Shown piece by piece: positions 25,430 through 34,499 of a DNA stretch of 64,000 nt. The notes beneath the pieces were generated by a model. It was not told the origin of the DNA and made no database searches. It saw only the letters and a list, made by a program, of their open reading frames with translations. Position 1 is the stretch's first letter. Every line of letters begins with the position of its first letter. Both the position numbers and the translations under genes were made by a program. Origin of the DNA: a virus; IMG/VR virus record IMGVR_UViG_3300015263_000599, positions 1-64,000 of that record; one strand, written 5' to 3'.

Positions 25430-25950
25430 GCCGCTTGCTGTCCCAACAAGTACAAATTGGTTTCATGCGAAGAAGCAGTTGCCATCAGAAAGTCATCCAG
25501 ACCGAGAGACAACTCTTTCCGCTGTGACATCGTGTCGTAGGTGTATCTCAACAACGCTTGAAAGTCTTTCTCGGACTTGATCGCCGTAGCGATCTCGTTG
25601 CCTCTCCACTCCTTCAACCACTTCTCGGCTCGGTCCATCGAATCCATTCGCTCAACAGATTCGGCCCCAAAGTAACCCACCATCTTCTCGGCCATGGTGT
25701 CGATCTCGTCGCCCAACCCACCATAGATGCGTTCATACAAGAGATGAAGTTGGTAGAAATTGCTACCCTTGGCCTGCCAATGCAAACTTTGGAATAGCCA
25801 ACTCTGGGCTCGCAACGCACCCAGCACCTCTTTCAGTAGCTCAAGGCCGCTCTTCCCACGCAATCGGTCGATCAGCTTGCCTTCGACGCTGTTGGCTGGG
25901 GTGGATGCTTCGTTGATCGGACGGATCTCTTTGCAGTATGGCTGTGACAT
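25426..25950 (-). CDS. dps: Dps/ferritin-like protein
   Basis: HWQAKGSNFYQLHLLYERIY...DTMAEK ferroxidase motif. Confidence 0.9.
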   Translation of the reverse strand: MSQPYCKEIRPINEASTPANSVEGKLIDRLRGKSGLELLKEVLGALRAQSWLFQSLHWQAKGSNFYQLHLLYERIYGGLGDEIDTMAEKMVGYFGAESVERMDSMDRAEKWLKEWRGNEIATAIKSEKDFQALLRYTYDTMSQRKELSLGLDDFLMATASSHETNLYLLGQQAA

Positions 25951-25959
25951 TTCGATTCC

Positions 25960-26736
25960 TTAGTAGTATTTGAAGTGAACTGCCAGACACTCCGAGATCT
26001 CTTCCCGACTTTGTGTCGGAAAGAAGTAAATGTCCAAGTCACTCTCCATAATGTTCCAAGAATGAGGTCCGCCAACCGGCGATTCGATGTTGTAATTGAA
26101 GACACGAATCGTGCCCTGATCTCGGTCATATGCAACGACCGTTTGGTTTTGCTCAACTCTTCTTTGGTCTTGAGCTTCCAGACCGTGCCCTCGCACACCA
26201 AGTGTCAAGATGTAGACGTTATCGTTGACCTTTTTGATGCCCTCGGGAATGAAGATGTCTTTAGAAACCCTCTTCATCTTGTTATAGATGTGTGTCACAA
26301 GGCTATCGAGGTCGTGGTAGTCTTCCAAAGGAGCGTCCAATTGTCCTTGGTAATACTTCTCCAAGTGCTCGTAAATTTCCTGCGAGACAGCATCTTCCAG
26401 CCCCCCGTATCCACTTCGATTCAACTGGAACATCCTCTTCGTGACCCAACGGGGGTTGCCTGTCTTATCCACGCCAAGCCGCTTGATGTAGAAGGTGAGG
26501 CCAGTATCGACTTCCAGACGAATTGCGCCCGGCTGACTGCCCCACTGAATTTCATTCACAAACCGACTCATGGGAATCTGATGTCCAATCGGCTTTTTGG
26601 ACAGCAAGTCCATCATCAATTCTAAGTTGAACTGGTTGATAGGCTTACTTAACATATTATCATCGGCCCGCTCAGTCGCTCGCTCCTGATCGAATCCGAA
26701 TATGTCTGTCGCTTCAAAATACGTCTTGAACCTCAT
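25960..26736 (-). CDS. Hypothetical protein (N-terminus MRFKTYFE)
   Basis: 258-aa ORF from ATG 26736. Confidence 0.8.
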   Translation of the reverse strand: MRFKTYFEATDIFGFDQERATERADDNMLSKPINQFNLELMMDLLSKKPIGHQIPMSRFVNEIQWGSQPGAIRLEVDTGLTFYIKRLGVDKTGNPRWVTKRMFQLNRSGYGGLEDAVSQEIYEHLEKYYQGQLDAPLEDYHDLDSLVTHIYNKMKRVSKDIFIPEGIKKVNDNVYILTLGVRGHGLEAQDQRRVEQNQTVVAYDRDQGTIRVFNYNIESPVGGPHSWNIMESDLDIYFFPTQSREEISECLAVHFKYY

Positions 26737-26794
26737 ACCAGTATGTAGTAGATTCAAGCAGTTTTGTGGCACTCGAAGGCGTCAGGGAAAGACC

Positions 26795-27706
26795 ATGAGT
26801 ATTCTCACGACCGAAGACTTCATCAACGTGGGCGAGTGGATGGAGTCAATTGCCGGGTTTGATAACGCCAATCGTCCCACCCAGACCTTAAAAAACAAGG
26901 TTCTCGCATCGGTCTTTCTCGAACCTTCCACCCGCACACGCCTCTCTTTTGAGGCCGCAATGTGCCGTTTGGGCGGAAAAGTGATCACCGTGGCAGACGG
27001 CAAGATGAGTTCTGCCATGAAGGGGGAGACGCTTTACGATACCCTCATGACTGTCGGCCAATATGCCGATGGAATCGTCGTGCGAAACCCAGAGGCTCTG
27101 GGAGCACCGTCTCGCTGGGCAAACCTACCCTGCCCGATCATCAATGCGGGAGACGGTGCCAACCACCATCCCACGCAAGCTCTGCTCGACGCCTACACCA
27201 TCTGGAAGCACAAAGGCACACTGGAGTATCTCAAAATTTGTGTTGTGGGAGACTTGGAGAATAGTCGTGCCATCCGGTCGTTCGTCGATCTGATGGGCCG
27301 TAATGCCAGCAATGTCATCTTCTCCTTCAACAGTCTGGAAGACAAACAGCTTCCGAAACGATTTGGAGCATCGGCTCAGATCCATCATCTGGGGAACCAA
27401 GAAGAGTTCGACCATCATCTTCCCGAGTTCGACGTGCTCTATCTCAACCGTGTTCAGACAGAACGGCATTTGGATCGAGTGGACGGACTTGCCACCCTGT
27501 TGTTCGCTGGGTTTGCGTTCGGAAGTTTCAGACTCAATCTGAGCCACATGTCGTCGTTGAAGCGAGACGCTCTGGTGATGAATCCGGGGCCTCGATTGCA
27601 GGAACTACCGCCTGACTTTGACAACGACCCAAGGGTTGTCTTCTTTGAACAGGCAAGGAACGGGGTGGCCGCTCGGATGGCCGTACTCTCCACTGTTATG
27701 CAGTAG
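26795..27706 (+). CDS. pyrB: Aspartate carbamoyltransferase catalytic subunit
   Basis: FLEPSTRTRLSFE, KGETLYDT, INAGDG..HPTQALLD, VGDL, RVQTER, QARNGV..RMA. Confidence 0.95.
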   Translation: MSILTTEDFINVGEWMESIAGFDNANRPTQTLKNKVLASVFLEPSTRTRLSFEAAMCRLGGKVITVADGKMSSAMKGETLYDTLMTVGQYADGIVVRNPEALGAPSRWANLPCPIINAGDGANHHPTQALLDAYTIWKHKGTLEYLKICVVGDLENSRAIRSFVDLMGRNASNVIFSFNSLEDKQLPKRFGASAQIHHLGNQEEFDHHLPEFDVLYLNRVQTERHLDRVDGLATLLFAGFAFGSFRLNLSHMSSLKRDALVMNPGPRLQELPPDFDNDPRVVFFEQARNGVAARMAVLSTVMQ

Positions 27707-28516
27707 ATCGTTCCAGTCCCCGAAGGGGAATGTTCTCTGCTGGTAGTACGGATGCAATTTTTGGAATTCCATGTCTCGAACCTGCTTGGCCGCAGCATTG
27801 GTGAGATTGTCGTTCCACTTCTCTTGTTGACGACGCTTCTGCTCCCAGCCTTGTGAGACGGCGGGATCAGCTTGTGGGGCCATCTGCATTCCCTGTTCGG
27901 GTTCTGGCTCTGCTGAATTAAGACGCCCGGCTTCGAGTTCTGCCAGCGTCACATCGTAATTCTGGTCGCCATAGACACTGATGCTAAACTCGGCATCGTC
28001 GGCCAGATACTCGTCGATCTCTCCGATTCCTCTGGCGATCACTTGCATATCGTGGGGCGTCAGGGACGCACTCTCGATGTTGTTGCCAGCAACTCGCTTC
28101 CAACCCCATTTCATGATGGCGTATTCTCTGGCATCCCCAAATCCATTAGCAAGATATAGCTTCTCTTCGGCATTTTGAGGGTCGCTCTCCATCATCTTCT
28201 GTAAGATGATGGGATCTGCACCCTCATCGTCATAGAGTTCTTCTAGGGGTGCTCTTTCTTCGGGGGTTGAATCGTCGAGGATTTCTTGGACGATCTTTGC
28301 TTTGGTCTCATCCCAGTCAGAGAACTCAGGCTCGGCATCGACACCAAATTCATCGGCAATTTGCCCCTGAAGTTGCATAATGACATAGCCTTCGTGATTG
28401 TAGTCGCCCACATCCCCATCAGCGTACATGACGGAGCCATCATCGGTGATCCAGTATTCACCGTTGAGTTCATAACGCTTTTCGTCCCAGTTTTCGATCC
28501 AAGCCTTAAATCTCAT
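27605..28516 (-). CDS. Acidic hypothetical protein (N-terminus MRFKAWIE)
   Basis: Long ORF from ATG 28516 with GAGGGAG RBS; 3' end overlaps pyrB convergently. Confidence 0.8.
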   Translation of the reverse strand: MRFKAWIENWDEKRYELNGEYWITDDGSVMYADGDVGDYNHEGYVIMQLQGQIADEFGVDAEPEFSDWDETKAKIVQEILDDSTPEERAPLEELYDDEGADPIILQKMMESDPQNAEEKLYLANGFGDAREYAIMKWGWKRVAGNNIESASLTPHDMQVIARGIGEIDEYLADDAEFSISVYGDQNYDVTLAELEAGRLNSAEPEPEQGMQMAPQADPAVSQGWEQKRRQQEKWNDNLTNAAAKQVRDMEFQKLHPYYQQRTFPFGDWNDLLHNSGEYGHPSGHPVPCLFKEDNPWVVVKVRR

Positions 28517-28547
28517 TTTCTCCCTCGTTACTTCTATATACTTTGCC

Positions 28548-29159
28548 ATGGGTAATTTCAGAAATTGGTTCGAAGCTCTGGAGAGCGACAAAGATAAGCA
28601 GATTCAAGGCGTTTGGGCCGACACATTCAAAGCATTGGGTGTGGGCGGTTTAAGCGACGAAGATGCCGCACATCAATCGTTATCAAAGATCACATATGGG
28701 GCTCGCAGACCCAGCGATAGTGGGATGTCCACTTTCAAGGGGAAACGTGCCACATACAAGCGACTTGAAAACGGCCAGATTTTCAACCGACTGCAACAAA
28801 TCGGCGATCCCGAGTTGAACAAAAACATTGAGGACACCAAAGCTTGGTTGGGCCAGAATGATGTTAAGGACAACGGCGACACAACTATCAGCACACTTCT
28901 GCAAAAACTATTCGGCCCACGTCACTTTGAACAACTGATTGATGCTGACGTGCCTCATGTAGACGCCAAACTCACCAAGGCTCCTGCTCAGCCTCCCAAA
29001 CAAGATATGGGAATGCAGCAACCAGAGCCAATGCCACAAATGGATCAGGGTCCAGAGATGCCTCCTCAGCCACCTCAGTCTCCTGCTCAGCAGCAACAGA
29101 ACTCACCCAAGCAACCAATGCCACCAGTGGGTCAGCCGATGCCGCCAATGGGCATGTGA
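28548..29159 (+). CDS. Hypothetical protein with P/Q/M-rich tail (N-terminus MGNFRNWFE)
   Basis: 203-aa ORF. Confidence 0.8.
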   Translation: MGNFRNWFEALESDKDKQIQGVWADTFKALGVGGLSDEDAAHQSLSKITYGARRPSDSGMSTFKGKRATYKRLENGQIFNRLQQIGDPELNKNIEDTKAWLGQNDVKDNGDTTISTLLQKLFGPRHFEQLIDADVPHVDAKLTKAPAQPPKQDMGMQQPEPMPQMDQGPEMPPQPPQSPAQQQQNSPKQPMPPVGQPMPPMGM

Positions 29160-29189
29160 TTTGAGTTTTCTTAAAGAATGGGGTAAGCT

Positions 29190-30098
29190 ATGTCGTGTTG
29201 TGGAGGAAGGTCTGGGCGCAGCCGTGCCGGAATTTCTCGAAGTCGTTTGAGAAAACCACCCAAGCAAGTTCAGGCCCAACAAGTAAAGGCTCAAATGGCT
29301 CAGAAAGTGGGTCCGCCTGTGGCAAAGTTCTTACTGGTTCGGCCACAATTCTTTGGAATCAGCTATTCCATCAACCCTTGGATGAACACCAGCAATGACG
29401 CTGACCGTCCCAAGGCTCTCCATCAATGGAATCAACTTGATGGAACTCTCAGAAGACTCAAAGCCCAAGTGCGTCATCTCGGTCCTCGTCGAGATCTCCC
29501 GGATATGGTTTTTACAGCCAATGCCGGGTTTTTTATTAAGGGGACAGAGATCGTCGTATTGTCGAATTTCAAACACAATCAGCGGGAGCCCGAAGAGTTT
29601 TGGTTCGAGAGGTACTTTGAGAGCGAGGGGTACTATGTTCGAAAAATCAATAACCATTTTGAAGGGGCTGGGGATTGTCTATATCTTGGCGATAAGCCTG
29701 TTGGTGGGTATGGTTTTCGCAGTGATCCAGCCGTATATGAGACTCTCGTTCCCGGAGTCGTGGCATGTGAACTCGTTGACCCCTACTTCTACCACCTTGA
29801 CACTTGCTTTTGTCCTCTTGAGGGAATGGATTATCTGATCTGGCCCGGAGCCTTCTCGTCCGATGCGTTGCAGAAGATCAGAAGTCTTGGCGGCAACGAA
29901 ATCGATGTTCCTGAGAATGAAGCACGACAGTTTGCTTGTAATGCTGTAGTTGTCGGCAAGAACGTCATTCTTCCTTCTGATTGCCCAACCACTGAAAAGA
30001 AACTTCAGAGTGCCGGATATACGACCTTCCCATTGGAGATGTCTGAATTCATTAAGTCTGGTGGAGCCTGCAAATGTCTCACATTGAGACTCCCTTAA
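29190..30098 (+). CDS. Amidinotransferase/DDAH-fold enzyme (arginine dihydrolase-like)
   Basis: YSINPWM, LPDMVFTANAG, FEGAGD, FYHLDTCF, EFIKSGGACKCLTL; start may be 29295. Confidence 0.9.
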   Translation: MSCCGGRSGRSRAGISRSRLRKPPKQVQAQQVKAQMAQKVGPPVAKFLLVRPQFFGISYSINPWMNTSNDADRPKALHQWNQLDGTLRRLKAQVRHLGPRRDLPDMVFTANAGFFIKGTEIVVLSNFKHNQREPEEFWFERYFESEGYYVRKINNHFEGAGDCLYLGDKPVGGYGFRSDPAVYETLVPGVVACELVDPYFYHLDTCFCPLEGMDYLIWPGAFSSDALQKIRSLGGNEIDVPENEARQFACNAVVVGKNVILPSDCPTTEKKLQSAGYTTFPLEMSEFIKSGGACKCLTLRLP

Positions 30099-30107
30099 CG
30101 TGAGGTA

Positions 30108-30986
30108 ATGATGGCAGGATTTCGAAAAAGAACACTTGGCCCCGGACAATATGAGATGGTCCCTGATGAGGATGTCGCTCCAGAAGAGTTGAAAGACACT
30201 GGGTGCGGAAAAATTCTGGTGGGTTCAATCTTCATTAACGACAGCGAGCAACAATGCAAGTGGCTCGATCTTCAATTGTCGTTTCTTAGAGAGACCACGA
30301 CCAATTTCCATCACGCCGCCGTGGTGTTCAAAAAGACCACCGATTACTTCCAGAATCACACTCATGTCATTCCATTTAATGGAAAGCCTTCTATGAATAG
30401 TGCGGCGCACATCATGGGCCTTAAGATTGTTCTGGATCATTTCAAGAGTGTTAGAAACCAATACAGTTGGTTCTTGTTTCTCGACAGCGATGCGTTTCCC
30501 ATTCGCAAGAACTGGCTGTCAATACTTCAAGCCAAAATGACAGGCTATGATGTGGCAGTGCCCATTCGGTTCGAAAATCTCGAACAACGACTACACGCAT
30601 CCATTCTGCTTTCTCGGAAAGAAGGCTTAGAGAACCTTAACTTTGGCTCTCGTAAAATTGGCACAGATCTTCTTAGAGGAGTCGAGAACGATGTGACTAT
30701 TGGAAAGTATCAGGATGAATTCCGTAGTAAGGCTTATGTGCTTATGAGATCAAACCAATACAACGTCAACCCTCTTCTTTGCGGCGTTTACTATGATATG
30801 TTCTACCACCATTGTTGCGGATCGGGTCGATCTTACAACATGCGTGGCAGGAATTATTGGAATCATGTGGCCCCAATGGGCACAGATGTCGGCAAGTTTA
30901 CTGATGAGTTGATGGAAAACCCCAAGAAGTTCATTGCTAAGTTGGCCGGATGGAATCCCGGAAGTTACCCTGCGGAGGAAAATTGA
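30108..30986 (+). CDS. Putative GT-A glycosyltransferase
   Basis: AHIMGL...FLFLDSDAFPIRKNW (DxD), FYHH; upstream of DegT. Confidence 0.6.
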   Translation: MMAGFRKRTLGPGQYEMVPDEDVAPEELKDTGCGKILVGSIFINDSEQQCKWLDLQLSFLRETTTNFHHAAVVFKKTTDYFQNHTHVIPFNGKPSMNSAAHIMGLKIVLDHFKSVRNQYSWFLFLDSDAFPIRKNWLSILQAKMTGYDVAVPIRFENLEQRLHASILLSRKEGLENLNFGSRKIGTDLLRGVENDVTIGKYQDEFRSKAYVLMRSNQYNVNPLLCGVYYDMFYHHCCGSGRSYNMRGRNYWNHVAPMGTDVGKFTDELMENPKKFIAKLAGWNPGSYPAEEN

Positions 30987-32107
30987 ATATCCCAATGTTT
31001 AAGGTCTTCATGGCCGACGATGCCCCAGACCTCGTGAGAGATGTCCTTGTGTCTGGGTATGTTGGACAGGGACCAAAAGTCGAAGAGTTTGAAGAGGGTC
31101 TGCGAGCATTCACCGGCAACCCTTATGTCTGCACCGTCAATTCCGGCACATCCGCATTGCACTTGGCTCTACATCTGATCAAAGATGATAAAGAGCCTTG
31201 GCGTGACGAAGTTCTAACCACCCCTCTTACATGTACAGCCACAAACTTTCCGATCCTAGCAAATGGATTGAAGCTCAAGTGGGTGGACATCAACACCGAA
31301 ACATACAATCTTGATCTCGATGATTTAAGACGCAAAATTTCAGAACGAACCCGAGCCATCATGGTCGTCCATTGGGGCGGCTATCCGTTGGATCTCGACG
31401 AACTGCGAGACATCCAAGATGATTGTGAGCGGTTGTACGGTTTCCGCCCACCAATCATAGAAGACTGTGCCCACGCAATGGGGGCCACCTACAAGCGGAA
31501 GGTAGTCGGCAACCACGGCAACATCTGCATGTTCAGCTTTCAAGCCATCAAACATCTCACAACCGTCGATGGCGGAATGCTTGTGTTGCCCAGCGACGAT
31601 CTGTACCAGCGATCCAAGCTACTGCGGTGGTTTGGTCTGGACAGAACTCGGAGTGCTGACTTCCGCTGCGAACAGAACATCAAAGAGTGGGGATACAAGT
31701 TCCAGATGAATGACATGACGGCAGCAGTTGGCATTCGCAACCTTGTTCATCTTCCATGGATCTTACAACAACATCGAACCAACGGTCACTTCTTTGACGA
31801 ACAACTGAAGTCGATCCCCGGCATCATGGGTGTGCAAGAGCACAAGCCTGACAGAGAGTCAGCGTACTGGGTTTACACGATGTTGATCGATGACCGAGAT
31901 GGGTTCATGCGAAAGATGAAAGAGAAGGGTATCGCTGTCAGTCGAGTTCATGATCGCAACGACAAGCACGAGTGTCTTCGTGAGTATCGCACGTTGTTGC
32001 CCAACACTGATTACGTCTGTCGAAATATGTGCTGCATCCCGAGTGGTTGGTGGGTCGGCCAAGAAGAACGGGAATACATCTTGGATTGCATCAAGCAGGG
32101 GTGGTGA
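30983..32107 (+). CDS. DegT/DnrJ/EryC1/StrS sugar aminotransferase
   Basis: VNSGTSALHLAL, VVHWGG, IEDCAHA, FSFQAIKHLTTVDGG (PLP Lys). Confidence 0.93.
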   Translation: MNIPMFKVFMADDAPDLVRDVLVSGYVGQGPKVEEFEEGLRAFTGNPYVCTVNSGTSALHLALHLIKDDKEPWRDEVLTTPLTCTATNFPILANGLKLKWVDINTETYNLDLDDLRRKISERTRAIMVVHWGGYPLDLDELRDIQDDCERLYGFRPPIIEDCAHAMGATYKRKVVGNHGNICMFSFQAIKHLTTVDGGMLVLPSDDLYQRSKLLRWFGLDRTRSADFRCEQNIKEWGYKFQMNDMTAAVGIRNLVHLPWILQQHRTNGHFFDEQLKSIPGIMGVQEHKPDRESAYWVYTMLIDDRDGFMRKMKEKGIAVSRVHDRNDKHECLREYRTLLPNTDYVCRNMCCIPSGWWVGQEEREYILDCIKQGW

Positions 32108-32598
32108 TGGTTTCATTCCGAAAATTGGAACGGGCCGACTTACCCCGACTTCTGAGCCTCAAGCTGGAGAGTTTTGAGACGACACACCATGTCACGATTG
32201 CGAACATGGAAGATCAGGAACGCTGGTTCAATTCTCTCGACCATCACGTTCACACACCACGCAGTCTTGCGTTGATTGGTTCCTCAGAAGAGGCGTCTGA
32301 TTTCGGTCTCATCAAAGTCACGGGAATCGACTGGGTAAGCCGCTCGGCTGATCTGGCTTGGGATGTGTTCAAGGAGCACCGTGGCAAAGGTCTTGGCAAG
32401 CCACTTGTCACGGCTGGCGTCCGGTACTGCTTCGACATCCTCAATCTCAGAAGACTGACGGCGGAAGTGCTGGAAAACAACCCTGCCTCCACAAAGTGCG
32501 CACTTGCGGCTGGTTTTGTGCAAGAAGGCGTAAAAAGGGCTGCTGTCTTCAAAGGCAATGTCTACCTCAACAGCGTCGTTTACGGAGTTCTGAGGTAA
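32107..32598 (+). CDS. GNAT N-acetyltransferase (RimJ/PseH-like)
   Basis: HRGKGLGK, LNLRRLTAEVLENN, GFVQEG. Confidence 0.88.
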   Translation: MVSFRKLERADLPRLLSLKLESFETTHHVTIANMEDQERWFNSLDHHVHTPRSLALIGSSEEASDFGLIKVTGIDWVSRSADLAWDVFKEHRGKGLGKPLVTAGVRYCFDILNLRRLTAEVLENNPASTKCALAAGFVQEGVKRAAVFKGNVYLNSVVYGVLR

Positions 32599-32613
32599 GT
32601 CAAAAATTTGGCT

Positions 32614-32642
32614 TTACAACCAAATCTCTTTCGGCTATAACA
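32614..32642 (+). promoter_or_regulatory. Promoter TTTACA-N17-TATAAC
   Basis: Direct reading upstream of pyrE. Confidence 0.55.
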
Positions 32643-32672
32643 TGTGCGACCCCTTCCTCACGGAGTTGGAAC

Positions 32673-33242
32673 ATGATCGAGACGCCGAAGAAAGACAAGC
32701 TGATCGCCGCTGTCAAAGAGTACGCTCTGGAGTTTGCCCCAGAGGGTCAACCCTTCATTCTGAAGAGCGGGGCTTCGTCGATGTTCTACCTCGACTGCCG
32801 CAATCTGCATCTCACCCCGGTTGGTCTGCATCTGGTCGTCTGCACGCTGTGGCAGATGATGTCATCGTTGAAGTTCGATGCTTTTGGTGGCCCATGTGTG
32901 GGGGCCGATCCGATCATCGGTGGACTCACCTTCTTTGCTGGGATGGCTCCCAGTCCTCAACGCTACACGGGCTTCATGATTCGTCCCGAATCCAAGGACC
33001 ACGGCAAAGGTGGTCGGATTGTCGGGCCACTGAAGGAAGATGCACGTTGCATCATCATTGAAGACGTGGTAACATCCGGTGGCTCATCAATTGGAGCCAT
33101 TGAAGCAGTCGAAGATTTCGGGGCCAAAGTTGTCCACGTTTTCTCAGTAGTAGATCGACTGCAAGGAGGAGCGGAGCGTTTTGCAGAGAAGGGAATCCCG
33201 TACACACCGCTTCTTACAATCAACGATCTGGGAATTGCCTGA
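32673..33242 (+). CDS. pyrE: Orotate phosphoribosyltransferase
   Basis: FILKSGASSMFYLDCR, KDHG, IIIEDVVTSGGS, VVDR. Confidence 0.93.
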   Translation: MIETPKKDKLIAAVKEYALEFAPEGQPFILKSGASSMFYLDCRNLHLTPVGLHLVVCTLWQMMSSLKFDAFGGPCVGADPIIGGLTFFAGMAPSPQRYTGFMIRPESKDHGKGGRIVGPLKEDARCIIIEDVVTSGGSSIGAIEAVEDFGAKVVHVFSVVDRLQGGAERFAEKGIPYTPLLTINDLGIA

Positions 33243-33254
33243 ACAGGAGCAAGG

Positions 33255-33743
33255 ATGCTTAAAAAGATCATATCAGGCGGTCAGACCGGAGCCGACATTG
33301 CTGGCTTAGAAGTCGCCAAGAAGTTTGGGTTACAAACTGGCGGCTGGATGCCCTTCGGCTTCAAGACTCTGGATGGCTGCAAACCAGAGTATGCGGAGAT
33401 GTATGGCATCGTTCCGCACCACTCCTCAAGCTACGTCCCACGCACCCGGCTGAACGCCAAGACGGGAGACGGGACGATCCGCCTTGCCTACGACTTCGAT
33501 TCAAAGGGAGAGGTGTGTACCTTACGAGCGATCAAAGATTTTGGAAAACCACATTTTGATGTCGATTTGAATGATCCGCCGCCCGTCGCTGACGTTATTG
33601 CATGGTTGGAAGAGCACAACATCGAGACATTGAATGTGGCAGGGAACTCGGAACAAACTGCCGAGGGGACGCACGAGGCTGTCTCAGCGTACCTAACGGA
33701 ATTACTGTCAGAATTAGGTCTCACGGATGCCAGAGGAAATTGA
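33255..33743 (+). CDS. SLOG-family protein (putative molybdenum carrier / cpYpsA-like)
   Basis: IISGGQTGAD, GGWMP, RTRLN..DGT, LNVAGN. Confidence 0.85.
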   Translation: MLKKIISGGQTGADIAGLEVAKKFGLQTGGWMPFGFKTLDGCKPEYAEMYGIVPHHSSSYVPRTRLNAKTGDGTIRLAYDFDSKGEVCTLRAIKDFGKPHFDVDLNDPPPVADVIAWLEEHNIETLNVAGNSEQTAEGTHEAVSAYLTELLSELGLTDARGN

Positions 33744-33891
33744 TGAAACATGCTCACATTGCGGAAAACGATACAACATCGAATGGACTGGCTACCGCCG
33801 AGACGGTCGGCACTTTTGCGGGAAACCTGAGTGCGAAGAGGATATGGAGAAGAGAGGCTTGAAAGAGCCAAAAAAGAAAGATAGGCGGTGA
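33727..33891 (+). CDS. Small Zn-finger-like protein
   Basis: MPEEIDETCSHCG...HFCGKPEC (manual translation). Confidence 0.5.
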   Translation: MPEEIDETCSHCGKRYNIEWTGYRRDGRHFCGKPECEEDMEKRGLKEPKKKDRR

Positions 33892-33951
33892 ACTGATTCG
33901 CCGCAGTCGTGTCATGGATAAGACACGACTTCATCCACATGGACGTGAACA

Positions 33952-34482
33952 ATGGACAAAACACTGATCATCATGCGGGGACTCCCGTGGACCGGGAAAT
34001 CCTATCGAGCAAAAGAACTGGCAGGCGACGACGGACTGATTTTCAGTACCGATGACTATTGGTACGAAGTCAATAAACCGGACAAGCCCGACGAATACTC
34101 CTTCAACCCCCGGTTTTTGGGAGCCGCACACAAATGGAACATCCTGCGAGCACAGCGGGCAATCGACATTGCCACTCCGCTCATTATCATTGACAATACG
34201 AATACCACGGCATCGGAGCCTCAGCCCTACGTCCAGTATGCTGACTGGCAGGAATACAAAATTTGTATTGAGGAGCCGACCAGTGAACGGTGGCAAGAGA
34301 TTGCACAACTGCTCACCCGGAAACGTGACAACAAGAAGGAACTCAAGCAGTGGGCCGAAAAGCTCGCTGAAGGAAGCAAGGAAACCCACAAAGTTCCAGC
34401 GTGGGCAATCGAACGAATGATGTGGCGGTGGCAATGTGGCCTTACCGTCGAACAAATTCTGGAATCCAAACCACCTCAGTAA
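33952..34482 (+). CDS. P-loop kinase (AAA_33 / N4BP2-like)
   Basis: IMRGLPWTGKS, STDDYW, IIDNTN, HKVP..AIERM. Confidence 0.85.
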   Translation: MDKTLIIMRGLPWTGKSYRAKELAGDDGLIFSTDDYWYEVNKPDKPDEYSFNPRFLGAAHKWNILRAQRAIDIATPLIIIDNTNTTASEPQPYVQYADWQEYKICIEEPTSERWQEIAQLLTRKRDNKKELKQWAEKLAEGSKETHKVPAWAIERMMWRWQCGLTVEQILESKPPQ

Positions 34483-34499
34483 ACCAAGGGAGGGAAGTC

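Noticed and set aside
33271-33279. Match to spacer TATCAGGCG (also CTGCTTCGA near 32427) as a self-target
   Set aside because: The partner spacer does not match next to it, and a single 9-mer is expected about 0.5 times by chance in 128 kb of both strands. I could not do an exhaustive target search by eye.
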